Of a stretch of 64,000 nt of DNA, positions 18,778 through 28,087 are shown in pieces. The position numbers and the translations under genes were made by a program. Every line of letters begins with the position of its first letter. Position 1 is the first letter of the stretch. Under the pieces are notes generated by a model, which searched no databases, had not been told where the DNA came from, and saw only the letters and a program-made list of their open reading frames with translations. Origin of the DNA: Actinomycetes bacterium. Its GTDB lineage: Bacteria; Actinomycetota; Actinomycetes; Prado026. The stretch covers positions 1,593 to 65,592 of the forward strand of contig JBBQWS010000011.1 of NCBI GenBank assembly GCA_038210415.1. The letters run 5' to 3'.

Positions 18778-20085
18778 TCACAGGGCGAGCCCACCACGCA
18801 AGGTCTCGGGCAGCAGGTCTCCGTGGGCCAGGGTGAGCTCGTCGCACAGGGCCCAGATCTGGTCGACCGTCAACGTCGCCGCGGTGTTCGGGTCGAGCAT
18901 GGCGGCAGTGCGGACGAGCCTCGGGTCGCCCGTCAGCGCGGCCTGCACGGCGAGCTCGCCCGGCGCGACGAACGCTCGGTTCAGTGCTGCCAGCGCAGGC
19001 GGCAGCGCGCCGACGTACGTCGGGTGGACGCCGAGCTCGTCGAGCGCGCACGGCACCTCGACGGCATAGTCCTGCGGCAGGTTCGTGATGAGCCCGGTAT
19101 TGCGCACGTTGCCGAAGATGGTGCGTTTGGTGCCGGTCTCGAGCGAGTGGATGACCTGCGGGGCGTACTCGGTGGAGTCGCGGTCGATCTCGAGCCGCTC
19201 GCCGGCCCGCAGGGCGCGCCGGGTCTCGGCGTACTCAGCGAGGTTGTCCTCGCTGATGCCGATGTAGGCGCCGACGGCGAGACGCAGCCGCTCGACCTCC
19301 GCGTCGTGGTGGAGGTACCACGGGACGTACTCGCTGGAGTGCTCGCTCGTCTCGGTCGGGTAGAACCCGAGCCGGCGGTACATGTCGACCCGGACCCGGC
19401 GGCGCAGCTCAGGGTCGGCCGCGATCTTGGCGTCCAGCAACGGGTACAGGCTCTCGCCGCCGCGCTCCCACCGCAGGACCCAGGCCTGGTGGTTGACGCC
19501 GGCACTGGAGTACGAGACCTCGTCGAACGGCACGCCGACGACGTCGCAGAGGCCGCGTACCGTCCAGTAGACCGAGTGGCACAGGCCCACGACCTTGAGA
19601 TCGGGAGCGGCCGCAGCGAGGTAGGCGATGTTCATCGCCATCGGGTTCGTGTAGTTGAGCAGCCAGGCGTCCGGGCAGATCTCGAGCATGTCGCGAGCGA
19701 TCCCGTCGAGGACGGGGAAGGTGCGCAGGCCCCGGAAGATGCCGCCGATGCCGATCGTGTCGGCGATGGTCTGCCGCAGCCCGTACCTCGCCGGGATCTC
19801 GATGTCGCGCACCGTGGCCGCGTGCATCCCGACCTGGATCGCGTTGACGACGTAGTCGGCGCCGTCCAGGGCTCGGCGGCGGTCGGCGCTGGTCACGATC
19901 TCGGGGCGTACGCCGAGCTGGTCGGCGATCGCCCGGGCGAGGGCCTCGGCGGTCTCGAGCCGCTCGGGGTCGATGTCGTGCAGCACGATCCGCACCCCCG
20001 CAAGCTCGGGGAAGCCGAGGATGTCGCCGAGGAGCTCGCGGGTGAAGACGACGCTGCCGGCACCGAGAAACGTGATCGTAGTCAT
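18778..20085 (-). CDS. glycoside hydrolase family 4 (NAD+/Mn2+-dependent alpha-glycosidase type)
   Basis: Start ATG 20085 (MTTITFLGAGSVVF, an NAD-binding GxGS). VVGLCHSV is the Cys-His metal motif of GH4. 435 aa. The ORF-track extension to 20970 is the antisense of deoR. Confidence 0.85.
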   Translation of the reverse strand: MTTITFLGAGSVVFTRELLGDILGFPELAGVRIVLHDIDPERLETAEALARAIADQLGVRPEIVTSADRRRALDGADYVVNAIQVGMHAATVRDIEIPARYGLRQTIADTIGIGGIFRGLRTFPVLDGIARDMLEICPDAWLLNYTNPMAMNIAYLAAAAPDLKVVGLCHSVYWTVRGLCDVVGVPFDEVSYSSAGVNHQAWVLRWERGGESLYPLLDAKIAADPELRRRVRVDMYRRLGFYPTETSEHSSEYVPWYLHHDAEVERLRLAVGAYIGISEDNLAEYAETRRALRAGERLEIDRDSTEYAPQVIHSLETGTKRTIFGNVRNTGLITNLPQDYAVEVPCALDELGVHPTYVGALPPALAALNRAFVAPGELAVQAALTGDPRLVRTAAMLDPNTAATLTVDQIWALCDELTLAHGDLLPETLRGGLAL

Positions 20086-20096
20086 GACGGAAGTGT

Positions 20097-20167
20097 CGTT
20101 TCTCCTGGCCAAACGCGCAAGAAAAGACGACAATGTGCAGGCAAACGAACAGTACCGACTGCTCGTT
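20097..20167. promoter_or_regulatory. operator candidates in the GH4/deoR divergent region
   Basis: CGTTT (20097-20101)-N9-AAACG (20111-20115). The inverted repeat AACGAACAG (20144-20152)-N6-CTGCTCGTT (20159-20167) matches 8/9. The region is lower in GC than its flanks. Confidence 0.35.
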
Positions 20168-20209
20168 CGGGTCGGTCCACCGTTCGGTCCACCCTGAGGA
20201 GCCCGCGCC

Positions 20210-21010
20210 GTGCCCCGTGTCTCGCTACGCCGTGCCGATCGCGTCTCGGCCATCCTCGAACAGCTGGCAGCCGACCATTCGGTCAACGCCACCGAGCTGG
20301 CCGCCCGGTTCGGCGTCTCGGCGGCCACGCTCCGCCGCGACCTGCAGATGCTCGAGGACCAGAAGCTGCTCAGCCGCACGCACGGCGGCGCGCTGGCCCA
20401 GGACGTCGCGTACGAGCTGCCGGTGCGGTACCGCGGCGGGCAGAACCGCGAGCAGAAGCGGGCCATCGCCACGGTGGCCGCGTCCCGGCTGCCCAAGGGG
20501 CCACTCACGCTCGGCCTCACCGGCGGCACGACGACCAGCGAGGTCGCCCGAATCATCGCCGACCGGGTCGACCTGACCGTCATCACGAATGCGCTCAACA
20601 TCGCGACCGAGCTGGCCCTGCGGCCACGGGTCAAGATCATCGTGACCGGTGGGGTGAGCCGGTCACAGTCGTACGAGCTGGTCGGCCCGCTGGCCGAGCA
20701 GACCCTGCTGGGCCTGAACATGGAGGTCGCAGTCGTCGGCGTCGACGGGATCGACGCCGAAGGCGGCCTCACCACGCACGACGAGGTCGAGGGGCACACC
20801 AACGCCACGATGATCAAGCGGGCCCGGCGCGTGATCGTCGTCGCCGACGGGTCGAAGGTGGGCCGGGTCCTGCTCGCCGGCATCTGTCCGGTGTCGGCAA
20901 TCGCCGAGCTCGTCACCGACCGGACCGCAGACCCGCAGGCCCTCGCTGCGCTGCGCGCGGCAGGGGTCACGGTGCACGTCGTCGAGAGCCCAACGGCTTC
21001 CGACCACTAG
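20210..21010 (+). CDS. DeoR-family transcriptional repressor
   Basis: GTG 20210. HTH ATELAARFGVSAATLRRDLQMLEDQKLL followed by a DeoR C-terminal sugar-phosphate sensor domain. 266 aa. Confidence 0.88.
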   Translation: MPRVSLRRADRVSAILEQLAADHSVNATELAARFGVSAATLRRDLQMLEDQKLLSRTHGGALAQDVAYELPVRYRGGQNREQKRAIATVAASRLPKGPLTLGLTGGTTTSEVARIIADRVDLTVITNALNIATELALRPRVKIIVTGGVSRSQSYELVGPLAEQTLLGLNMEVAVVGVDGIDAEGGLTTHDEVEGHTNATMIKRARRVIVVADGSKVGRVLLAGICPVSAIAELVTDRTADPQALAALRAAGVTVHVVESPTASDH

Positions 21011-21021
21011 CCTGCGTTGCC

Positions 21022-22338
21022 ATGAGGGGGACGCAGCCGCTGCCTAGCGGCATGAAGGGACCCATGTCGCGGAAGGGGGGGCGGGGGGTCCGGGGAGTGC
21101 TCGCCGGACGCGGCTTCCGGCGGCTGTTCGCGGTCCGGCTCACGTCCCAGTTCGCCGACGGGCTGCTGCAGTCAGGACTGGCGACGTACGTGCTGTTCGC
21201 GCCGGAGAAGCAGGCTTCGGGCGCGAAGATCGCGGCCTCGTTCGCCGTGCTGCTGCTGCCGTACTCGCTCGTCGGGCCGTTCGCCGGCGTGCTGCTGGAC
21301 CGCTGGCGGCGGCGGCAGGTCCTGGTCGTCGCCAACCTCGTACGCGCCGTCTTCGTCGCCGCCCTCACCGCGCTCGTCGCTGCCGGCGCGGACGGCTGGG
21401 TGTTCGTCGCCTGCGCGTTGGCCTCGCTGGGCGTGAACCGGTTCTACCTCGCGGCGCTGTCCGCGGGGCTGCCGCATGTCGTCCACCGCGACCAGCTCGT
21501 CGTGGCCAACGCGCTCGCCACGACGACCGGAACCGTCACCGTCGCGCTGGGCGTGGGGCTCGGACTCACCGTCCGGGTGCTCGGCGGCGCGAACCACGCG
21601 GTCGATGCCGTGATCGTCGGGACCGCGGGCGCCGCCTACCTGATCGCGTCCCTGCTCGCGACCCGGCTGGGACGCGACCAGCTCGGCCCGGACCCGGGGG
21701 AGCACACTGCCGAGCTCGGGCCCGACTCACCCGGCCTGCGCTCGGGGGTCCGCTACCTCTACGGCCGCCGGACCGCCTGGAACGCGCTGGCCGCGCTCGG
21801 GGCCATGCGCGTGGCCTTCGGCACGATGACCGTGCTGGTCGTGCTGCTGCAACGGGCGACCTTCCATCGACCCGACGACGCCAACGCGGGCCTGAAGGGG
21901 GTGGCCATCACCTTTGTCGCCGTCGCCCTCGGGGTGCCGCTTGGCGCGATGGTGACCCCCAGCGGTGTGCTGCGCTACGGCGCAGGTCGCTGGATCCCGG
22001 GCCTCGAGCTGATCACCGGATCGGTGCTGCTCGGCGCCGTCCTGCCGTTCCGGCAGCCGCTGCTGATCCTGGCCGGGTTCGTGCTGGGGTTCGCAGCGCA
22101 AGGGGTGAAGGTATGCGTCGACTCGACGGTGCAGGCCACCGTCGACGACCAGCACCGGGGCTTCGCCTTCGCCCTGTACGACGTCCTGTTCAACGTCGCG
22201 TTCGTCGCCGCGGTGGTCGTGGCGGCGCTGGTGATCCCGCCGAGCGGAAAGTCGCCCGCGATCGTGGTGGCGACGTCGGCGCTGCTGACCGCCACCGCCC
22301 TGTGGTACGCCCGGGTCACCCCGTCCGAACCGCGCTAG
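21022..22338 (+). CDS. MFS transporter
   Basis: Only the last ~438 aa of the 1408-aa ORF look real: about 12 hydrophobic segments and LLDRWRRRQVLV (MFS loop 2-3 motif). Start ATG 21022 (alt 21052/21064). Confidence 0.75.
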   Translation: MRGTQPLPSGMKGPMSRKGGRGVRGVLAGRGFRRLFAVRLTSQFADGLLQSGLATYVLFAPEKQASGAKIAASFAVLLLPYSLVGPFAGVLLDRWRRRQVLVVANLVRAVFVAALTALVAAGADGWVFVACALASLGVNRFYLAALSAGLPHVVHRDQLVVANALATTTGTVTVALGVGLGLTVRVLGGANHAVDAVIVGTAGAAYLIASLLATRLGRDQLGPDPGEHTAELGPDSPGLRSGVRYLYGRRTAWNALAALGAMRVAFGTMTVLVVLLQRATFHRPDDANAGLKGVAITFVAVALGVPLGAMVTPSGVLRYGAGRWIPGLELITGSVLLGAVLPFRQPLLILAGFVLGFAAQGVKVCVDSTVQATVDDQHRGFAFALYDVLFNVAFVAAVVVAALVIPPSGKSPAIVVATSALLTATALWYARVTPSEPR

Positions 22339-22353
22339 CCGAGCACGGCCGCG

Positions 22354-23853
22354 TCAGGCACTCGACTCCGGCTGCTCCGCCCACCACGCCCGAAGCTCGG
22401 CCTCCGCGTCGGCCGGGTCGAGCGGGCCGCGGTCCAGGCGCAGCTCCATCAGGAATGCGTACGCCCGACCCACGAGACGGCCGGGGGGAACACCGAGGAT
22501 CGCCATGATCTGGGTACCGTCGAGCGAAGGACGCAGCGCCGCCCGGCCCTCCTCCTCGGCCAGCCGCTCGATCCGCTGCTCCAGCGAGTCGTACGTGGCC
22601 TTGAGCAGCGCGGCCCGACGCTGGTTGCGGGTGGTGCAGTCGGCCCGGGTCAGCTTGTGCAGCCGGCTCAGCAGCGGCCCGGCGTCACGGACGTAGCGGC
22701 GTACCGCCGAGTCGGTCCACTCACCGTTGCCGTACCCGTGGAACCGCAGGTGCAGCTCGACCAGCTGGGCCACGTCGTCGGTGAGCTCGTTGCTGAACTT
22801 CAGCGCCTGCATCCTCTTGCGGGTGAGCTTCGCGCCGACGACCTCGTGGTGGTGGAAGCTCACCCCGCCACCGGTTTCGAAGCGCCGGGTGCGTGGCTTG
22901 CCAACGTCGTGCATGAGCGCCGCGAACCGCAGCACGAAGTCGGGGCCGGGAACGTCGCCGTTGGGGCCGTCCTCCAGGTCGATCGCCTGCTCGAGCACGA
23001 TCAACGTGTGCTCGTAGACGTCCTTGTGCCGATGGTGCTCGTCGATCTCGAGCTTCAGCAGCGGAAGCTCGGGCAGCACGTGGGCGGCCAGCCCGGAGTC
23101 GGCGAGCAGCGCCAGTCCCTCGCGCGGGTAGAGCCCGCACACCAGCTTGACCAGCTCGCCCTGAACCCGCTCGGCGGACACGATGTCGATGCGCCCTGCC
23201 ATCGCGGTCATCGCCGCGACGACGTCGGGGGCGACGTCGAACCCGAGCTGGGAGGCGAACCGGGCCGCACGCATCATCCGCAGCGGGTCGTCGGAGAACG
23301 AGTCCTCGGGGGTGCCCGGGGTACGAAGGACGCCCGCCGCGAGGTCGACGAGACCGCCGTACGGGTCGACGAAGGTGCGACCCGGCAGCGAGACGGCCAT
23401 CGCGTTGACGCTGAAGTCGCGTCGCACCAGGTCGGCCTCGAGAGAGTCGCCGTACGTCACCTCGGGGTTGCGCGACGCCCGGTCGTACGCCTCCGAGCGG
23501 TACGTCGTGATCTCGAGCCGGTACTCGTCCTTGCTGACGCCGACGGTGCCGAACGCGATACCGACGTCCCAGACGGCGTCGGCCCAGCCGGCGACGAGCT
23601 CCAGCACCCGCTCGGGCGGGGCGGACGTGGCGAAGTCGAGGTCGTCGCCGAGCCGGCCGAGCAGCGCGTCCCGCACCGACCCACCGACCAGCGCGATCTG
23701 CTCACCGGCCTTGGCGAACCGCTCGCCGAGCGCGTCGATGACCGGCGCGAGGTGCAGCAGCTCGGTCACCGCCCGTCGCTGGGCAGCGCTCAGCCGGGCG
23801 GCGACGTCGGCCGTACGGGGCGCGGACTCAGAACCGGTGGACACGTGGAGCAA
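22354..23853 (-). CDS. cca: CCA tRNA nucleotidyltransferase / poly(A) polymerase family with HD domain
   Basis: GGSVRDALLGR plus DLDFAT nucleotidyltransferase motifs; HD motif LMHDVGKP. Start is TTG 23853 or GTG 23844, with no obvious SD. Confidence 0.88.
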   Translation of the reverse strand: MLHVSTGSESAPRTADVAARLSAAQRRAVTELLHLAPVIDALGERFAKAGEQIALVGGSVRDALLGRLGDDLDFATSAPPERVLELVAGWADAVWDVGIAFGTVGVSKDEYRLEITTYRSEAYDRASRNPEVTYGDSLEADLVRRDFSVNAMAVSLPGRTFVDPYGGLVDLAAGVLRTPGTPEDSFSDDPLRMMRAARFASQLGFDVAPDVVAAMTAMAGRIDIVSAERVQGELVKLVCGLYPREGLALLADSGLAAHVLPELPLLKLEIDEHHRHKDVYEHTLIVLEQAIDLEDGPNGDVPGPDFVLRFAALMHDVGKPRTRRFETGGGVSFHHHEVVGAKLTRKRMQALKFSNELTDDVAQLVELHLRFHGYGNGEWTDSAVRRYVRDAGPLLSRLHKLTRADCTTRNQRRAALLKATYDSLEQRIERLAEEEGRAALRPSLDGTQIMAILGVPPGRLVGRAYAFLMELRLDRGPLDPADAEAELRAWWAEQPESSA

Positions 23854-23887
23854 GGGTAGGGGGCGCGAAGCCTCGTACGATCACACG

Positions 23888-24355
23888 GTGCCCTCCTCCG
23901 AGCCCGCGCGGCGCCCGCGGCTCGCCGTCGTCCACGAGACGTCGGCGGGCGGACTGGTGGTCCAGCCCGGCGCACAAGGGCCCGAGGCGGCGCTGATCGC
24001 CCGTCGCTCCCGGCGCGGCACCCTCGAGTGGGTGCTGCCGAAGGGACACCTCGAAGCGGGCGAGACGCCCGAACAGGCGGCCGTCCGCGAGGTGGCCGAG
24101 GAGACCGGTATCCGCGGTCGGATCATCGGCGACCTCGGTACGTTGACGTACTGGTTCGTCCTCGGCGACCAGCGGGTCCGCAAGACGGTGCACCACTTCC
24201 TGCTCCAGGCCGAGTCGGGTGAGCTCTCCGACCTCGACGTGGAGACCGAGGAGGTGGCGTGGCTGCCGCTGGCCGAGGTCAGGCGCCGGCTGGCGTTCTC
24301 CGACGAGCGCACGCTGGTGACCGAAGCCGAGACTCTGCTGGCGGCGACGCAGTGA
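23888..24355 (+). CDS. NUDIX hydrolase
   Basis: GTG 23888. Nudix box GHLEAGETPEQAAVREVAEETGI. Divergent from cca with only a ~35-nt spacer. Confidence 0.8.
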   Translation: MPSSEPARRPRLAVVHETSAGGLVVQPGAQGPEAALIARRSRRGTLEWVLPKGHLEAGETPEQAAVREVAEETGIRGRIIGDLGTLTYWFVLGDQRVRKTVHHFLLQAESGELSDLDVETEEVAWLPLAEVRRRLAFSDERTLVTEAETLLAATQ

Positions 24356-26421
24356 GGAACCGGGCGACCCTGGCCGTCCCGACCCTGCTCGGTGCTGTTT
24401 TCGCTCTGCTCGGTGCTGTTATCGCTCTGCTCGGTGCGGCGCTGCTGGTGCCCGGGGCGGCGCGCGCCGCCGTAAGCTCGCCGCCCCCGGTGGGGGTCAC
24501 GCTGCGGAGCATGACCGCGATCGGAGTGAACCCGATCGTCTTCACCGGCCAGGTCACCAACAACGGGCCGGACACACTGCGCGACCTTCGGGTCCAGCTG
24601 CGGCTCTCCGACCGGCTCGGCTCGCGCAGCGCCCTGGCTGACTCCGCGCGCAGCACGGACCCCGCGCCGGGCTCGTCAGTCGACGGGGCGCTGGCGACCG
24701 TGGCGACGTCCCTGGCGCCCGGCGAGACCGTGGCCTGGCGGCTGAGCGTGCCCGTGGCCAGGCTGGGTCTGGGCCGGGGCTTCGGGGTGTACCCGATCGC
24801 GCTCGACGTCCGCGGCGAGCTACCGTCCGGCGGGCGCGCCTCGCTCGGGCTGGTCCGCACGTTCCTGCCCTGGGGGGCCGACGCGAACGCGGTGACACCG
24901 ACCCGGCTGGCCCTGCTCGTGCCGGTCGTCGCTCCTCCGACCCGCGATGCCAAGGCGGCGGGCGGCGCGGACCAGCTGGACTCCCTGCTGACCGGCCGCC
25001 TGCAGTCGGTGCTCGCCGCGGTGACCGGGCACCGGGTCACGTACGCGCTCGACGGCGACCTGCTCGAGGCGGCGCGCGTCGACAGCCTCGACGCGACCGG
25101 ACCGACCTGGCTGTCGACGCTCACCGGCCAGCTGCGCGGCAAGGACGTGGTCGCGCTTCCGTACGCCGACCCGGATCTGGTGGCGACGGCCCGGTCCGCG
25201 CACCCGGGCGACCTCACCCTCGCGCGGGCCCTGGGCGCCGCCTCCGTGCGCGCGAGCCTGCCGGCCGGCACCGAGGTGACCGACGACCTCGCCTGGCCCG
25301 CCGACGGCACCCTCGACGAGCGGACCCGGACGGCGCTGAAGCAGGCCGGCTTCCGGTCCTTGGTGCTGTCCGACCGGTACGCACCCACCGTCGACACCCT
25401 CGACCACACCGCCACGTCCGTCGGACCCGTCGCCTCCACCGGGTTCACGGCCGTCACGTCGGACGCGGTGCTCTCTCAGCTGATCGCGACGCCGACCTCG
25501 GGCCAGGGCGGAGCCGTCGTCGCCCGCCAGCGCTTCCTCGCCGAGGTCGCCATGATCACCGCCGAGGTGCCGAACCTCCAGCGCGGCATAGTCGTGACCG
25601 TTCCCCGCGGCTGGTCGCCCGCAGCCGGCTACATCCAGGGGTTGCTGCAGTCGGTCGACTCCTCGGGCTATGCCCAGCTGGCCACCGTGCCCGAGCTTCG
25701 CGCCGGCAGCGGGAGCACCAGTCCGGTCCGGCGCGCCCCGGTTTTCCCGAACCGGCTCGACAACGGGCTGGTGAGCGGATCCCAGCTCGCCAGCGTCGCG
25801 GCGGCGCACGACGGGCTGACTGCCCTCAGCGCCGTACTGACAACCCCCGCCACCGTGGTCGACCCGCTCCTGCGGGGGGTGCTGCGGGCCCAGTCGGCAT
25901 CCTGGCGCGATGCCGTCGCGAGCGGGCGGGTCTTCGCGCAGCGGGTGCTCGCCACGGTGACCGCCACCCAGGACAAGGTGCACCTGGTCGGCGGCGGCGC
26001 ACTGACCCTGTCGGGGCAGAGCGGACGGATCCCGGTCACCGTGGCGAACGACCTCGACCAGCCGGTCACGGTCCGGGTGCGGCTCACGGCGATCCCGGCG
26101 GTCCGGCTCAAGCTGAACGAACCCGACGTCGTCACCATCGGCCCCGGCCAGCGCCAGACCATAGAGGTCGCCGCGGATGCCGCGGGCAACGGGTCGGTCG
26201 AGGTGGCTGCCGTGCTCACCACCCCGGGCGGGGCGCCGTACGGTGCGGCGATGACGTTCCGCGTTCAGGTGACCGGACTCGGCGCGGTCGCATCGGCTGT
26301 GGTCGGCGGGGCACTCGCGCTGCTCGCGGTCGCACTGGTCATCCGGATCAGCCGTGCGGTCCGGCAGGGTCGCCGCCCCGGGTCGACGGCATCGGTCCGC
26401 GAGAAGGCGGCCGCGCCGTGA
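24352..26421 (+). CDS. large membrane-anchored conserved protein of the murJ neighbourhood (DUF6049-like)
   Basis: GTG 24352 overlaps the NUDIX stop (GTGA). There is an N-terminal hydrophobic anchor and a C-terminal TM (AVVGGALALLAVALVIRI). A gene of this size precedes murJ in other actinobacteria (memory). Confidence 0.7.
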   Translation: MRNRATLAVPTLLGAVFALLGAVIALLGAALLVPGAARAAVSSPPPVGVTLRSMTAIGVNPIVFTGQVTNNGPDTLRDLRVQLRLSDRLGSRSALADSARSTDPAPGSSVDGALATVATSLAPGETVAWRLSVPVARLGLGRGFGVYPIALDVRGELPSGGRASLGLVRTFLPWGADANAVTPTRLALLVPVVAPPTRDAKAAGGADQLDSLLTGRLQSVLAAVTGHRVTYALDGDLLEAARVDSLDATGPTWLSTLTGQLRGKDVVALPYADPDLVATARSAHPGDLTLARALGAASVRASLPAGTEVTDDLAWPADGTLDERTRTALKQAGFRSLVLSDRYAPTVDTLDHTATSVGPVASTGFTAVTSDAVLSQLIATPTSGQGGAVVARQRFLAEVAMITAEVPNLQRGIVVTVPRGWSPAAGYIQGLLQSVDSSGYAQLATVPELRAGSGSTSPVRRAPVFPNRLDNGLVSGSQLASVAAAHDGLTALSAVLTTPATVVDPLLRGVLRAQSASWRDAVASGRVFAQRVLATVTATQDKVHLVGGGALTLSGQSGRIPVTVANDLDQPVTVRVRLTAIPAVRLKLNEPDVVTIGPGQRQTIEVAADAAGNGSVEVAAVLTTPGGAPYGAAMTFRVQVTGLGAVASAVVGGALALLAVALVIRISRAVRQGRRPGSTASVREKAAAP
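24385..24437 (+). repeat. 21-bp in-frame tandem repeat, 2.5 copies
   Basis: Copy 1: ctgctcggtgctgttttcgct (24385-24405). Copy 2: ctgctcggtgctgttatcgct (24406-24426). Partial copy 3: ctgctcggtgc (24427-24437). Encodes LLGAVFA-LLGAVIA-LLGA in the N-terminal anchor. Confidence 0.9.
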
Positions 26422-28049
26422 CCGCCGAGGTCGACGCGAGCCTGCTGCGGTCCAGCTCGGTGATGGCGGTCGGGACCGTCGTCTCGCGCATCACCGGCGT
26501 GCTCCGCACGAGCGCGATCTCGGCCGCGATCGGCACCCTGCTCCTCGCCGACGCGTACTCCACCGCCAACACGTTGCCGAACATCGTCTACATCCTGCTC
26601 ATCGGCGGCGCGCTGAACGCCGTCTTCATCCCCCAGCTCGTCCGGCACATGCAGGACGACGAGGACGGCGGCAACGCGTACGCCGACCGGCTGCTCACCC
26701 TGTCCGGGCTGGTGCTGCTGCTGATCACGGTCGTGGCCGTGCTCGCCGCACCCCTGCTCACCCAGCTGTACGCCGGGTCGCACTGGAGCCCGCGCCAGCT
26801 GCAGGTCGCGACCTCGTTCGCGTACCTCTGCCTGCCACAGATCCTCTTCTACGGCTTGTTCGCCCTGTACTCCCAGGTGCTCAACGCGCGCGGCCGGTTC
26901 GCAGCGCCGATGTTCGCGCCGCTCGTCAACAACGTCGTCGTCATCGCCGGGTGCCTCGGGTTCATCGCGACGGTTCAAGGCACCGGGCTCGAGACCATCA
27001 CCCGGGGCCAGATCGCCTTCCTGGGCGTCCTCACCACGCTGGGGGTGATGGCCCAGGCCATGGTGCTGCTGCCACCGATGGCCCGGGCCGGGTACCGCTT
27101 CCGACCGCGCTTCGACCTGCGCGGGCAAGGCCTCGGCGTGGCAGTCGGCCTGGCCAAGTGGACGCTGTTCTTCGTCGCGGTGAACCAGGTGGCGTACGTC
27201 GTCATCATCCGGCTGGCGAACTCTGCAGGCGCGGTCGCCGCCGCCGCCGGCAGGGAGGGCGCGGGCAGCTACATCTACTCGACCGCTCACCTGATGTTCG
27301 TGCTGCCGCACTCGATCGTGACGGTCTCGGTGGTCACGGCGCTGCTGCCGCGGATGAGCCGCGCCGCGCACGACGGGCGGCTCGGTGACGTCCGGGCGGA
27401 CGTCTCCCGCGGGATCCGGCTCGTTGCGGCGGCGATGGTCCCCGCCACGATCTCGCTGGTGCTGCTCGGCCCGCGCCTGGGCCAGCTGCTGGTGTCGTAC
27501 GGCGCCACCAGCGACGCCACCGGTCGGCTGGTCGGGCAGGTGCTCCAGGCCTTCTCGGTCGGCGTCGTCGGGTACTCCGTCTACTACGTGCTGCTGCGCG
27601 GCTTCTTTGCGATCCAGGACACCAAGACGCCGGCCCTGGTCAACATCTTCCTCAACGCGGTGAACGTCTCAGTGGGGTACGGCCTGTACCGCTTGCTCCC
27701 CGCCGAGCAGCAGGTCTCCGGCCTTGCTGTGGGTTACGCCGTCGCGTACACAGCGACCGCGGGCGTGCTCTGGGTGATCCTGCGTGGCCGGCTCGGCGGG
27801 CTCGACACGTTCGTCACCGTCCGGACCCTCGTGCGCCTCCTCCTCGCCGGGGCCGTGTCGACCGTCCCAGCGCTGGTCGTGCTGCACTGGGTGGCTGGGC
27901 GCGTCGGCGAGGGCAAGCTCGGTGCGCTGATCACCTGCGCCGTCGTCGCACCGGTCGTCCTGGGCGGGTTCCTGGTGGTCGCCCGAAGAATCCGGATCAC
28001 CGAGGTGAGCGACGTCATCAGCATGGTCGCCACGAAGTTCGGCCGCTGA
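26418..28049 (+). CDS. murJ: lipid II flippase MurJ/MviN
   Basis: 543 aa. About 14 hydrophobic segments. N-terminal SSSVMAVGTVVSRITGVLR and overall pattern match MurJ. GTGA overlap with the upstream gene. Confidence 0.9.
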   Translation: MTAEVDASLLRSSSVMAVGTVVSRITGVLRTSAISAAIGTLLLADAYSTANTLPNIVYILLIGGALNAVFIPQLVRHMQDDEDGGNAYADRLLTLSGLVLLLITVVAVLAAPLLTQLYAGSHWSPRQLQVATSFAYLCLPQILFYGLFALYSQVLNARGRFAAPMFAPLVNNVVVIAGCLGFIATVQGTGLETITRGQIAFLGVLTTLGVMAQAMVLLPPMARAGYRFRPRFDLRGQGLGVAVGLAKWTLFFVAVNQVAYVVIIRLANSAGAVAAAAGREGAGSYIYSTAHLMFVLPHSIVTVSVVTALLPRMSRAAHDGRLGDVRADVSRGIRLVAAAMVPATISLVLLGPRLGQLLVSYGATSDATGRLVGQVLQAFSVGVVGYSVYYVLLRGFFAIQDTKTPALVNIFLNAVNVSVGYGLYRLLPAEQQVSGLAVGYAVAYTATAGVLWVILRGRLGGLDTFVTVRTLVRLLLAGAVSTVPALVVLHWVAGRVGEGKLGALITCAVVAPVVLGGFLVVARRIRITEVSDVISMVATKFGR

Positions 28050-28087
28050 CGCTCAAGACCCGGCCTCAGCGCGACGACGCTTACCCA

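Noticed and set aside
18112-22338. 1408-aa plus-strand ORF
   Set aside because: It is a chimera. Only the last ~438 aa (from 21022) look like a real MFS transporter. The upstream part is antisense to the aldolase and GH4 genes and out of frame with deoR, with Arg/Gly/Asp-rich nonsense composition.
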